From: Hamiltosporidium tvaerminnensis FI-OER-3-3
Lineage: Eukaryota; Fungi; Microsporidia
DNA length: 64,000 bases
Assembly (NCBI GenBank): GCA_022605425.2
Contig: CM061253.1
Location: 682,001-746,000 of the forward strand
Direction of reading: 5' to 3'
Shown: positions 51,101 through 64,000 of the stretch, piece after piece
Numbering within the stretch: position 1 is the first letter of the stretch
Layout of the letters: every line of letters starts with the position of its first letter
The notes under the pieces: generated by a model
What the model was told of the DNA's origin: nothing
Databases searched by the model: none
The model's input: the letters and a program-made list of their open reading frames with translations, nothing else
Made by a program: the position numbers and the translations under genes

Positions 51101-51905
51101 CCACACCAGACGGCATAATGAAGTGGTTAGATACCTACACTTACTTCTCTTAAATAGATATAAGTTTAAGTCTTCAAAACGAATAAGGAGTTACTCAGTT
51201 CAAGAAAATCTTGATAATGAGTATGCAGAGATAAGAGTGGACACCAGAATTAAAACTGATGTTAAAATTCGGAATAACAGACCGGACATATTTATTTTAG
51301 ATAAGAAGAAGAATAAGATAACACTCATTGAAGTAGGAATCACTTCCCAAGATTCCCTTCAAATAGTTGAAACTGAAAAACTTAGGAAGTATGACCTGCT
51401 AGCCAATGAGTTGGGTCTTATTTATAAGTGTAGTGTTGAGATAATCCCTTATGTGATGACCTGGGACGGTATTGTGACAAAATACCATAAATCTCATCTT
51501 AAAAGACTAGAAATACCCATGAATGTAGAGGCATACATTCAGTCTATAGTACTTAAGAAAATAGTCGAAACAATTTCCTTTGATCGACGAAGAGGACTTG
51601 AATCAGGACTAAATGCCGAAAAGAGCTGGGAGAGAGCGTCAATGAGTGTTATTATGAGATCAGAGAGGCATGAGGAACCAACACCCCCTTTAAAAGAAGC
51701 GAAAACAGAGGAAGATGGTGCAAAAAATTTACAACCAAAAAATAAAGCACCCCTCATTTCACAAGGAGGAACCACTTTAGAGGAACCGACCAATAACATA
51801 AATGAAGAGTCTGATTTGGAAGAATAGACAGCAGTGGTTAAAGAGGTAGAAGAAAACATGTAAAAAATGGTAAAAATGTTTTAACCCAGAATTTTATTAA
51901 ATAAA
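48113..51905 (+). mobile_element. Near-full-length R4/Dong-like non-LTR retrotransposon (RT + Zn knuckle + RLE), inactivated
   Basis: KAAGIDG, DYRPI, WIDVKKAYDSI, RGIMQGD, LLFIDD, YKYLG, TVDHLATRC, RRHNEV, RPDI..IEVGI..EKLRKY; frameshifts and stops. Confidence 0.95.
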
Positions 51906-53775
51906 AATTGTTTACCTTTAACTTGTATTATAAAATTTTTTGTAGATAATCAAATGTCTTTTAGTTTCTATGAATTTGTTATAGAATATAAGGTTGACTT
52001 ACATATAAAAGTTTATTTGGTACAAGATACAAGAAATAACTCAGAAAGCAAATAAAGTTTCAAAAAATATACATGAAGACTTTAAACGATTTTGATTTTT
52101 AAAATATTAACAGTGAGCATATTTGCAATGCAATATTATTAAGAAAATCCGAGTGAAATTCATATGCTAAATTTTTAGCACATTAAAAATAGATTTTAAA
52201 CCATGAAAACTGATTATATTTGATAGTAAAATAGAAAAAGCACTTAAAGATTTTTAAAATTCCAAAGTTTTAAAAATAGTTTGTCATGTTATATTTTAAA
52301 TAGGAATTCAGGGAAAACTTAAATCTAGCGGATTTTATTTTATGAGGTTTTGAACTGTTTCAAATGATTGTAAGATCATATACTTTAATCTCGAATGATA
52401 TATTAGATTCAGAATGGATTAAACTCAAAGGGTTTTTAATATAATAAGTATGTATCTTTGGAAAATTCTGCATTTAAAAATTGCGGTTTTATAAATATTC
52501 AAAAAACTAATTAGGAAACCCGAAATATTTTTTTTTTTCAAAATTGCAAAGAAATTATATTATCGGTTGCTTATTCCATAGAGTGTAGGAAAAAATAAAG
52601 TTTTTATCAAATTAGATTTATATAGAAACTCCTAAATCAAATCCAAATTTTTTGTAATCAAGCCATTTTTGTCAAGATGATTTTCTAAATTGCAAAATTC
52701 AATTATAAAATAGTAGAAAGAAAAAAAATAACAAGCAATATATAATGAGAAAGTGTGGTATTGTACCCTCTTCAGCAGTACCACGATCAAGGATATCGTC
52801 GATAGAAGCCGATTCTATATTTTTAAGTAAGAGGCTTTCGTAACTGTTCGTGCAAAGATAATTCGCAGAAAATTAAAATCTACAATTAGTATTTTTTCGA
52901 ACCTTAGATTTATCTTTCCTTTCCTATCGAATTCAAATTAATATAATATTATATATATATTTTCGAACATTTATATTCCATTATTATATAGTAGAACTAT
53001 AGATGAGTTGAATGTTTTAAAAGAACGTTGATTTACATGACTTTATCTTTAAAAACTAACATTAAAATTTAGGATTTTGAAATTAATTTTTCCAAAATAA
53101 AAAGATAAAACTCTGAAAAATTCACTTCTAAAGATTCAATAGAGTTCGATCTTTGTAATTTATTTAACCTTAAAGGAACAATTATATTAGATTAAACCGT
53201 AAATTATACAAGTTATTTGGTTTAACTGCAAATTTTTGACTTATTCCTGCTAATATAGCAAAATAAATATATCCAAATATTCAACTTTGTCAGATAATTT
53301 GAAATTTTTCTGTTATTTAAACTAAAATAAAGGATTTAGTGATATAATATCAAAGGTATAACTAACTAAGAAAATGTTTATTTTTAAAACAATATTTCAT
53401 AATTACTTTGTAAGGTATATGCTTTGAAAATAATCGAGTAAAAACACTTATGCTTTCCTAATCTATTATAACTTATATAAACGCAAACAATACCTCAGGA
53501 AAATAATTTTTCATTTTCAAATAAGTTTTAGAAAAATATTCTTTCACACAAAAAATATATATTAATAGCTACAGCACACCCAAAATTTATTAATCGAGGC
53601 AATCTCTATTTTTTTAAAATACTTGCCACGAGAAAGCCAGCAACATTTTCATTGCATGATGTTTTTAATCTAAGAGCTTGTGGGATAAGGCTTCAGTAAT
53701 AATTATATTTGAAATATAAATGTTTTGATTATTTTAAGTAAATAATTTTGTCTAATAGTATTTTTTTTATTGATT

Positions 53776-54475
53776 ATGGAGGGTGGATAACCACATAAAA
53801 AATTATCTGCTTGACATTGAGTATGTAAATTAGTACGGAGATCATTTTGAAATTCTACCGGACACAAAACCACATTCCATTCTGCTCTATTGAATTGGCA
53901 TTTGTATGAGGAGGCCTACAAAATATCGAAACCATTTCTACAAATTTATTCCATAATTTTTTTATTTAACCAGGCTTCAGTTCAACTCTAGGTAATAGTC
54001 ATATAAAAGCATGGAAATTTAGTCTTGCTCACTCAGTTGAGAAACCTTGGCACCTGGGAAATAACAAAAAAAACTCTCTAAAGAGAAAAAGATAACCAAA
54101 AAATAACAGTTGTTATGACATTGCACTGTCTAGGTGAACCCCATGTAAGGTGCCGAAACATAGAGTAGCTGTAGAAATATTAGGTTCTAAAACTTTAGAG
54201 TAAGTAGAAATGCCGTATAGTTTTGAGGGAGCCCTGGTTAGGTTTCGATCTACGACCATACTCCATGCAACGAACATTAACGAATACCGGGCAACTGCTT
54301 CGCTCATTAATTGGGTTATACACACATTTTAAATGAAATACATCGGGGTTTGTATATATTAGGAAATACCGATAGAGTTTTAGGCGTGCAATTATTTATG
54401 TTAAGCCTAGAACTTCGTTAATGTCATGAAAACAATATAAAACTTGCCCCTATTTTAAAAAGATGTGATATTTAC
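53776..54475 (+). mobile_element. Moderately decayed ~730-nt retroposon copy
   Basis: atggagggtggataaccacat ... aaaagatgtgata. Confidence 0.9.
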
Positions 54476-54833
54476 ATAAAATTATTTTTCATTTAATAAC
54501 TTTTATTTAATAGAATCATAAATCTCAGAAATATTTAATTCTCATTAAAAATGCTTTATTTATAAGAATTTAACATCAAGATAATAATTATGTTGCCATT
54601 TAAAACCTTTTAAGTAGTAAAACAATTATTGATTAAAAAGAAATCAGTTTAACTGTGAAATCTTTATTTTATAAACATTAATATAGTTAAATTCATAAAA
54701 TCGAGAGGTACATTAAAACCGGAATATGAAAGTAAATATGTAAAGTATTTTAACAGTCAATTTTATTAAAAGAATATAAACAAAGACATAAATATATATT
54801 AGATATTTATAAAGTACAAATACGTCCAGGATA

Positions 54834-55286
54834 TCATTTTAAATCCTTAAAATATTTTTTATAAATTTTTTTAAAAGTCTTAAAATTCACTTTTTTACAA
54901 AGATTCTCAGAATATAGTTGTTGTAAAGTATTTTCTATATTAATAAAATACTGCTTGATATCGTTAGAGTTACTTATGTATTCAAGTAATTCAATGGGTA
55001 AATCACAGTCATTTTGTATTTTTTTGATATTTTCGATTTCAAATAGCAAAGTTTTTATTTTTTCAAATGGGAAATCTTCATTCGTGGTGTTAAATGTATT
55101 TTTGAGTTCTTTACACATTAAAGACAATTGAAAAAAAGAATTTGTTAGGTGAGTTATATTCTCTTGGTGTGTATTTATATTTGTTTGGTTATTTTGTTGT
55201 TGGGTAATTGCCTCGAGTTCTCTATCTTTATCTGTTTTTACAATATAAAATTTATATGAATCGTTTCCTTTCCTTTTAAATATCAT
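54834..55286 (-). CDS. Probable Mediator subunit Med10/Nut2-like protein
   Basis: 150-aa ATG ORF; DLPIELLEYISN..Y..ENLCKK..FK resembles the Med10 C-terminal pattern. Confidence 0.55.
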   Translation of the reverse strand: MIFKRKGNDSYKFYIVKTDKDRELEAITQQQNNQTNINTHQENITHLTNSFFQLSLMCKELKNTFNTTNEDFPFEKIKTLLFEIENIKKIQNDCDLPIELLEYISNSNDIKQYFINIENTLQQLYSENLCKKVNFKTFKKIYKKYFKDLK

Positions 55287-56091
55287 TTATTTTATTGTCT
55301 TTTGGGTTCAAATATTTAAGAAAAATATATTTCAATTCTAATTATTGTTGATGGAACGAAGTGTTAGAAAAAAATGTTAGAAAGGAAAACATTTTGTTTC
55401 ACATGAAAGTTTAACTTTAATATTTGCAAATGTCTTATTAATAGGACTTTTATCTTTAAATGTATTTGTATTTTTTATATTGATTTTTTTTAATCAATAC
55501 CTTGCTCTAATCATATATTTAAATATTATATTTACTCCCTCAGAGTGTCAATTTTAAACTTCTTTTAAAATATCCTTGTATCTATATATTTGGAGTTTCT
55601 TCAAATTATCTTATTTTTACTGAGTTAAACTTACAAAATACTCACCTTTGCACATCAGTACTTAGTTTCTAGTCGAAAAACATTTCTGATCACATAACAG
55701 AAAGATTTTTTCGTATAAGTTTTTTAAATTATTTATTTATATTCCCAATACATTTTCTGGCTGTAATCTGTTTTAATCGGTATCGCCATATCTTATTAAT
55801 ATTCATGAAAATGCAAAATAATTTATTGTTAAATAAAATTTAATACATTTACATGTAATGTACTTATTACGGTTTTTAGAAAGGAAATAAATCCAACATG
55901 TATATTTTATAATTGAATAAGGTTTATTCTATTTAATTCATTTTTTGTAATAAACCTTATCAGGGTACCAAACACTACAATTTTTATGTCAAATTTAAGT
56001 TTACACTACTCATTTTCAAAAACTAATTTAAATAAAATGCGCTCTTAATTCAATCTAATATATAATTTTTATTTCTATAGAAATTTGAAAT

Positions 56092-56310
56092 ATGTGAAGG
56101 GAGGATAACCAAATTAAAAAGTATCTGCTTGGTAATGAGTGTCTAGAATTGTTTGAAAATCATCGTTGAGATTTTGGTAGAATATAAACCACATTGGATC
56201 TATAGACCGATACCCTGTAACCCCGATTAACAACATATTAAAAGAAGCAATTGGAAAATTTTCAATTGTCAGCCGCGACACTGAGAAGTAAAAGAAGAAT
56301 GTAATATGTA
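56092..56310 (+). mobile_element. Short sister retroposon copy
   Basis: atgtgaagggaggataacc head plus aaaagaagcaa..cgacactgaga.gtaaaaga body. Confidence 0.75.
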
Positions 56311-59300
56311 ACTAAGAATAAGTTATATTGGAAAAAAACTGATTAATAAAAAAATATTGAGTTAAAATGTAATTCATATTCGAAAAATATTTTACATTAA
56401 TTACTTTATTGTAAGGAGAGAATAATTCTTTAATCTGGCTATGTCATAAATTTACTTCTCAGTAACTAATTAATTTCCTTCAATTTTTTCAAATAATCGT
56501 TAAAAATATTCTTATTCGGATTTATTTAAGAATTTATAATGCCAAATCTTAGAGTTAAATAAATATCAAATAATATTTTTATAGTTGATAAAAATTTAAT
56601 TTCTAAATAACTAAGAAAAGTGTTATTAATATATTAAAACAGATGAAATTCTACAAAACATATTTTCTATTTACAATTTAAAATCAAAAACACATAAAAA
56701 TCAAATCTTAACAATAAAAACATAATTATCCAAGTAAATTTATAGAATCAAAGTAAGTAATTAACTTTTTTTAACAACCAAAATCTATGGTTGCTATACA
56801 TATACAATATGAAAGTTAGTTAACATAGTAATTTCTAAATCAAATTAAAGACTAAAATTAAATTCTACACTGAATGCAGTGAATACTTGTAAATTAGCCT
56901 TCATTTCAAATCTTGTTATATTTCTTACAAATTAAAACACAATCTACGAGTGAATAAAAGAATTTTTAATTATTTTGTTGTTTTAAAATTCGAATTCGCT
57001 TAAGTCCGTTTTCACTTTAAAGAATATGTTTATTATTTGAAATGTTAAAGTACATCCACCGGTGTCGAATCGAGACACATCGGTGATGAATTCAGACATT
57101 CTAACAACGGATATCAACCTAAACAGCAGAAATGATACATACATAATCTAATAGAGATATTTTGCAAAAAAAATCATATTTTTATCTGCATTATGCAATT
57201 ATTTATACTTAAAAGAGTTAATCGCTATAAAACTAAGAAATATTTTGGTTAGGATAGGTATATTAGAATAAATATATCGATTAGATTTCAAGAAACATCG
57301 TATATAATTCAATATTAAAAACAAAATTGAATTTTAATCTCTATCTATATATATAAATATGAATGTATGCGTTTCTAATAACAGTATATAAGAGAAGAGA
57401 GATTTTATTATAAAAGTAGATTACTAATAGGTTAATATAAGATATTTATCAGAACTCTTAATAATAGATTATGTATCTAAATTCTTTTAATGAAGCGTTG
57501 TATCTTAAGGGAATTGACGTGAAATGTGTTATTAAATTTATACTTAGCTTAACGGGTTGTTAAATAGGTTGGTGTGTTAAAAGGTGTTAATATAAAGGAA
57601 AATAAGGAATAGAATGTTATCTCTTTTTTACTTTTTTCTACAACGAAGCTAGAATTTCGAATGGTTTATGATCCTTATTTGGCCTTAAAATTGTTATTAA
57701 ATTTGCAAACAAGGGAAATACTGACATACAACCCAATTAAAAATTCCTCAATCGGAAAGTTCTTTAAACATCAAATCACAATCTATGAGACAGATGTAAA
57801 CTTGCTAAAAATATACACCAGAACCGCGTGATTCTTTGCAGAAAGATCCGAGAAGAAATGCAAAGTCTTTGTGGGAATGTCTGATTTGATTATTGGTATT
57901 TTTCCGAAAACCTGCCTGCAATTCTACCTAAAAAATCTACAGATAAACAAAACAAATGTCTTCAACCATCTTTTTTATACGCGAAATGCAAACAAATGAC
58001 TTTCGAAACAAATATATATGTTAAATTACAACATGATACATATGCCAAACGTTTCGAAACAGTTGTTGGGTTTTGGGATTGAAAGAAAAAATAATGGATA
58101 AACACAAAGTATTGATCTAAGCTAACATTTGCGGTATTTCATCATTAAAGACGAATTTATTTTCTCAGCATCTTATAAATCACAAAAATTATCAAAGATA
58201 CAAGGCCCGTACTATATTAGCATCTCCAACAGTCTATAAGTGCTATGAATTAAAATTATAAATGAAATTCCAGGCGAAGCGATAAAATTAATTTTTACAA
58301 TATTGTGATGAAATAAGAAGGTATGATCAATTACCTAACAGAATTATGTTATTCATTGAATTTTCGAGGTATTATATTGCAGTTTTTAATTTTAGAATTT
58401 ATATGTCGACGATCCTTGTCTTAAAAATCAATCTACCATGACTTGTAACAGCCCCAGAGTTTTTGTAAAATAGACGTAAAAAAATATCATGGAAGCCAAA
58501 ATTATAAAAAAAAATACAAAGAAGATTTACTGTTATCACATATTCTAAAAGTTACAACAGATATACCATTAAACGTTCAGAGTTTATTTCAAACACACCT
58601 TTACCTGCACAATAAACAAAGCAAAGAGTAAGCCTTGCGAGTGCATAGGATATATTTAGTTTAAATATGATTTTACAGTAGCAAATCTATGTGCTACTTC
58701 ATGTGTGGAAATTTCTTCCGATTTTTTTTGACTATACACCAGAACAAAATAAAATTTTTAAAACCTAAAGCGCTTGAATAAAGAATAAAATTCTATTCAA
58801 ATTTGTTAACTTGGTATTTTTTTTTGCTTATTCAACTTGCATCCAATTTTTTTATCATAGAAGTAACGCATCTGGTAAGCTAGTATGTCTATAAAAAATT
58901 TAATAACAAATCTAAATAAAAATAAACTTTTGAAAGTTTTTTTTGAATCATCAAAATAGATAAAAGAAGAAATAAGATCACTAAAGCAGTTGTTTAAATT
59001 TAAAATAAAAAAATATTTTGCATAAGACAGGAACAACCAGCGAGATTATTAGACACAAAAAAAACATTTTTTAATAAATCTAATTTGAAAATTATTTTGT
59101 AACTGTGAAATTGTAATAAAAATGAAAAAAACCTGGCCTAAACTATTGAGTTAATCAGAAATGTTTCACTTTTTCTGCTTCCGAATTGAATGAGACATTA
59201 CGTCAATGTATCTATAGTTAGAATATATCTCTTCAATAAATCCAAATGAGTTAAGTTATCAAAAAAATGAACATTTTTAATCTAAAGATCTCAAACTAAG

Positions 59301-59459
59301 ATTTTCAAGACATACAAGCGTACGAAGTAAATAAAATCTGGTTAAATATTTAAAATTCATAAAAAAAATGATATAAATAAACGAAAAAACTAAAAATTAA
59401 TTTTAATCATTTAATGTGGAGATTGAATATAAAAACCATTTTCGCATCAAAAGCAAACT

Positions 59460-60151
59460 TTAAGTCTTCTTTTTTACCTTATAACAAATATAAGCAATAA
59501 AATCAGCGGCTTTACCGGATATTCCATTTTTAGAGGCTTCAAACTTAAATTTTTTAGCCGAAGGAATACTTTTAGGCCCCTTATCATCGTATTTAACATC
59601 AAATACTTTTACAACCGAATCATCAACTATATCTAAAACAGCATAATTTACTTCGTCTTTTGTCGGGTTTTTTATGGTCTTATGTATAAACGCTGATAAA
59701 GCATATGTTGGTTTGATAGGATGGTAGCCTTTGAAACAGAAACCAAGTCTAACTAAAAGCCCGAAATCACCAACTACCTTTTCCAACCTAGAAATATCGA
59801 TAAGATGTTGATGGAAACCGAACGATTCCATCAACTCCTCTTTTTTTTTGTATGTTTCTTTTCTAATGCTTCCTTCGCCATTTTCACGGCTGACTCCTTA
59901 TGTTCTTTTACAACAAATCCAAAAAAACTTACAACTTTATCAGAGTAGAAATAACCATAATTGTAAAGATTCACTAAAGATGTGAATTTTTTGTCATCCT
60001 CTAAATCCAAAAATTTCTTATAGTCGTCTTCGAAGCTCTTAATGACATTACCGGCTTTAATGTATCCCACAACACACATTATGCCAAATATAGCCAATAT
60101 TGAACCAACAACTCCTAATGCAATGCGTATTTTGTTTCTTTTACTCACCAT
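59460..60151 (-). CDS. Signal-anchored family paralog, interrupted by a 1-nt frameshift in an A9 run
   Basis: One extra A at 59841-59849 joins the two ORFs and makes this segment the same length as in 42880-43581. Confidence 0.75.
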
Positions 60152-60684
60152 ATGGGTAACATTTTTTCACGTAATAAAATAAAAAAAATGATCAAATATT
60201 CCAAAACCGGATAATTTATTCCCCAATAAAAAATTGGATTAAATTTATGAATCACAAATCAAATTTTTTCTTAAGCGTTTTCGATTGGTTATTTTAAAAA
60301 TTAATTTTATTTGATACCATCTAAATTGCACTCCTAATTGAAAAATATTTTTTTATTATCAATTTGATAAATTATTTTGTAATATTTGGCTAATAATCAA
60401 TGATTCTAAAAAAAATAGAAAAATAAAAAATAACTCCTTTTTGGGAATAAAAAATATCGGAACTTTTATTTAAAAAATGGTTTATGATTTAATACTTTTA
60501 GAAAAAATCTCAAATTAATATAGACAAGACCGAAAATTGAAACAAGATTGAAATATACAACAAAAATTAAAAAAGAGCCAAATCATACGAAAGTACATAC
60601 AAATAGAAACAACAAAATGAACTAGAAATAGTTAGTAAAAAAAATTAAAAAGAAAATTTTATATTTCTAATCCTTTTATATTCA

Positions 60685-61385
60685 ATGAACATCAGATTTT
60701 TTTAAAGATTTCATTTGTTTTATATTATTTTATGACATTAACATGGTTATAGGACGTCATATATAGTTTTTCTTAGAAACTCCATAAGTATTCTATACGA
60801 GATCTAAACCCAAAGCTTTTTTTATCTAAAATATATATAAATTTCATTGAATAAGCGAACAGTCGCACACGATGTTAATATTCGTTTGCTGTTGTTGATC
60901 ACAGATTGAAACCTACATTAGGAATATCTTAAACTGGCAGCAATCACAGTTACTCTACGTTTTTCGAACCGCATAGACATTCAGCTAAAATATATTTCGA
61001 CTATTTATAAGAAATTCACCTAAAAGTTACAAACCATATAAACATATATAGCCAGCCAATTGAAGTTCTTAGCTTTTAAAGGGATGTTTTTTTTCTCAAT
61101 CTCTCAGGCGCAAAGTCTCATAACTTGAATTAGCAAGACTTATTTCATTGCTTTATGTTGTAATCACTCAAATTCAGCTTTAGTCAAAGCTCTAGTTTGA
61201 ATGAAAAAATTACAAACTTATTTGTAGAAAGATTTTCTCTATTTCGGAGACCTTTTCCACCTTATCGCTTCCCGATCGAAAAACCAAAAATTTAATGTGA
61301 TTATCATCTTATCAAAAATCTAAAAAATATTTCATTATTTCGCTTTCAAGTAGATAATTTTTTTTGTGGCTATTCTTGCTCTACC
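60685..61385 (-). mobile_element. Decayed ~730-nt retroposon copy (within duplication)
   Basis: Shares diagnostic mutations with 44135-44834. Confidence 0.8.
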
Positions 61386-61849
61386 ACTTATTTCTAAAAA
61401 ATGTATAAGTAAATATTCTAGAATAAATATAAATTTGTGAGCAAAACTTTTTAAATTCTATAAATAAAGAACTAAAAATGCACATCAAATCTATAAATAA
61501 ATACGTAATTAAATTATTTGTTTAGATAAAAGCATATTTACTTACTTACTTATTCCAGTTCGCTTGTAACTCACCGTGGTGAGGCTGGAAAGCATATTTA
61601 CATCGTCTAATTATCATGAAACCAAAAACATTCATTATGATTTTCTGGGTTTCTCGGTGTGATTTTTTCTTAAATTATCCTTGGATTATCATCGTGGTAT
61701 GTATAACATGGGTATTATGTCATTAGAAATAGTTAAATCCATTTAATAGATATATGATGAATATTTTAGTGGTTTATCACTTTTATTAAATCAAAATGTA
61801 ATTATCTTTCATAATCATTTTATTTATATTTGTGTGACTTTTATTCGAA

Positions 61850-62550
61850 AAAAGGAGAATGGCTGCAAAAAAATTAACTGCTTTGCAATAATTAGAAAAA
61901 TTTTATATTCAATCGTTAATTTAAATTTTTTTAGGAAGAAAAATACACTATATTCTGAGTATTCTATGAAGGAGTTGTTTACCGAGAAGAGGTTTATAAA
62001 ATAGTGAGACTTCTTCTCAAAATCACTTCGTAGTTTATAGGTAAAACTAGATTGAAATCGCGACCGAACTTAAGATAATTGTCATGCAAAAGCATTCAAA
62101 TCTAGATTGAATCATTCAAGCTAGAAGAATTAGCATCGGTGAGATACAAAAATACTTGCTCTTTATAAAACCAGAAAAGCTAAGTAACAAGTTATATCTG
62201 CAAGTAGAACATTTTAATATCTAGGTAGACTCCATATGAATTACAAATATATGTTTTGGATGTAATTTTATTTGGTTGAGTAGCTGCAGAGCAACTAGAA
62301 ATACGGTTGGCCTTGGGTGCTCAGGATGGGTTTAGACTTGAAATCACATGCCATGCAGCAGACAATGTCGAACATCGAGCAACTTCTTAGCCAATTCAAT
62401 GGAGTTTCCTGTTTTTTTAGCGTAAAAATTCTAGGCGTTACGTATCGTATGAATTACTTATGGAATGCACGAAGAGTTATCTATTGTTAATCTACTGCTT
62501 AAATATCCTGAAAACCATGTAAAACATGCCACTTGTAAAAGTATTTGCTA
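61850..62550 (+). mobile_element. Highly decayed ~730-nt retroposon copy
   Basis: gagaagaggt, gtcatgcaaaagcat, tctaggtagac, ccatgcagcagaca and tgccact occur in family order; 5' boundary uncertain. Confidence 0.65.
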
Positions 62551-64000
62551 TTTTTTAAAGAAAAAAAATATTAAGGATAATTTATAAATTTTCAAAACAT
62601 ATCTACCTTTGATTATTCCAAGAATATTTGTATTTCATTACAAGCTTAATTATAAACTTGCTATATCAGTTAAATCCAAACCTTGTTTTTTCAAATTCTC
62701 TATATCAACGAATTATATAAACTTGAAAAACTCAAATATTTCAACACTAAAAACTTTATTCTACCCAATATTTGCAACTAAAGAAGTTCTTATAGCAAAT
62801 TTTGAACTTTTTCTGTCAATAGTAGAAAAAAGGCAATGTTAAAAAAAAATATATGGTATACTTTTGAGAAAATATAAAATATAATAAGAGAAAAAATTTC
62901 ATTGGAAAATTCAGAACCAAGCGAACTAATATGGCTCATAAAATGTTATTTTATAGTTTTTATCACGGTTTACATTAGAAGACGTGTGAAGTGTGAAGAA
63001 TTTAAAAAAACTAGATTCAAATTTAAAGTAATCCATTGTATATGTATTATATGTATCAGAAAACCGAAAAGTAGAAATACAGGAACTTCCTTTGTGTAGT
63101 TGCTTCATACAAAAATAAGAAGGAAAGTGCAAAACATCTATTAAAATTAGAGCACGAAAAATGATTTCGTTTAACCCTTTAAGTAATATTCGAAGTATAT
63201 TTTTCTTATAACATTCTAAAATTTGCTCATTTGCTTATATTTAAATATTGCAATAATGTAAGTAAATAAACTAAAATGTGAAACCATTTTTTGCAAAAAA
63301 TAAAATATTGATACAGAGACAAAAGATTGCTTTTAAAAACCAAACATTTGGAAATAAAAAAATTGGTTAAAATGATTCCTACCTAACGACAAATATACGA
63401 TCATATTGGTTTCTGTGTTTCAAGCAAAAGAATTGGAAATATTATTCAAATAATTGTTTATATGTACAAACCTTCCGTGGTTCGTTGATCATGCGTGTTT
63501 TTAAAATGTTTAGACATACTATTCTTACTTCGTAATCGGATTTTTGCGATCTATTTTCTAAAGGCTGCAAAACAAAGCCGATCGAACAAACAAAAAACCA
63601 AAGTTAATTGTTCTGAAAAATTTACTAACTTAGAAACAATATCAAATAATTATTTTTTAATCAACCTAAGTTTTCAATATAACATAAAAGATACCAATAC
63701 ATATTTAGGGAACTACACAAATATATTCTTGATATTATTAATACATTGTCTATAGCCGATGAAACAATAAATTCACAATAAAGTTGCCAAAAAGGCTAAT
63801 TTTATATATCTGTATATTTGTTTCGGAATTCGATTAAATCGACCAGTATTCAATTTTAACGAAAAAAAAATCGATTAAGCATAGAATATTTCAATTTTTT
63901 CGCTATATTAAGTTGAGATGACTATGATAATTTCTATACTCATCAAAAGAGAATAAAATTAGATTTAATAGCGAGCAGGAAAATGTAATCTAAAAATCCA

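Larger units (their letters stand above)
59272..61385 (-). repeat. 2.1-kb direct duplication of ~42686-44834 (retroposon + upstream region + gene)
   Basis: Long colinear near-identity, including non-coding sequence. Confidence 0.93.

Noticed and set aside
57052-57120. tRNA-like sequence on the minus strand (GATTCGACACC)
   Set aside because: No complete cloverleaf or acceptor stem could be built
57480-58700. Slightly GC-enriched stretch that may be a decayed transposase (also 17300-18050 and 63170-64000)
   Set aside because: No ORF or diagnostic motif I could identify

Overview
Very AT-rich eukaryotic DNA that looks microsporidian (Nosema/Vairimorpha-like). Genes are compact with no introns recognised, and many have a CCC motif just upstream of the ATG. 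Housekeeping genes: PP5 phosphatase (split by a homopolymer frameshift), a synaptobrevin/VAMP, BRF1, primase small subunit, TAF7, a probable Med10 and an RPEL-like protein. There are four members of a lineage-specific signal-anchored protein family, two of them frameshifted. Much of the rest is retroelement-derived: two near-full-length decayed R4/Dong-like RT-RLE non-LTR retrotransposons, several 3' fragments of them, and an RTE remnant. The most striking observation is a ~730-nt, highly structured, apparently non-coding retroposon. It has at least 9 copies in 64 kb, the three best-bounded with 12-14 bp target-site duplications like the LINE's. A ~225-nt sister family shares its 5' head. One copy appears to have been duplicated together with a downstream putative surface-protein gene. 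The duplicated gene has a hypervariable core and a slippery-site-plus-hairpin frameshift.
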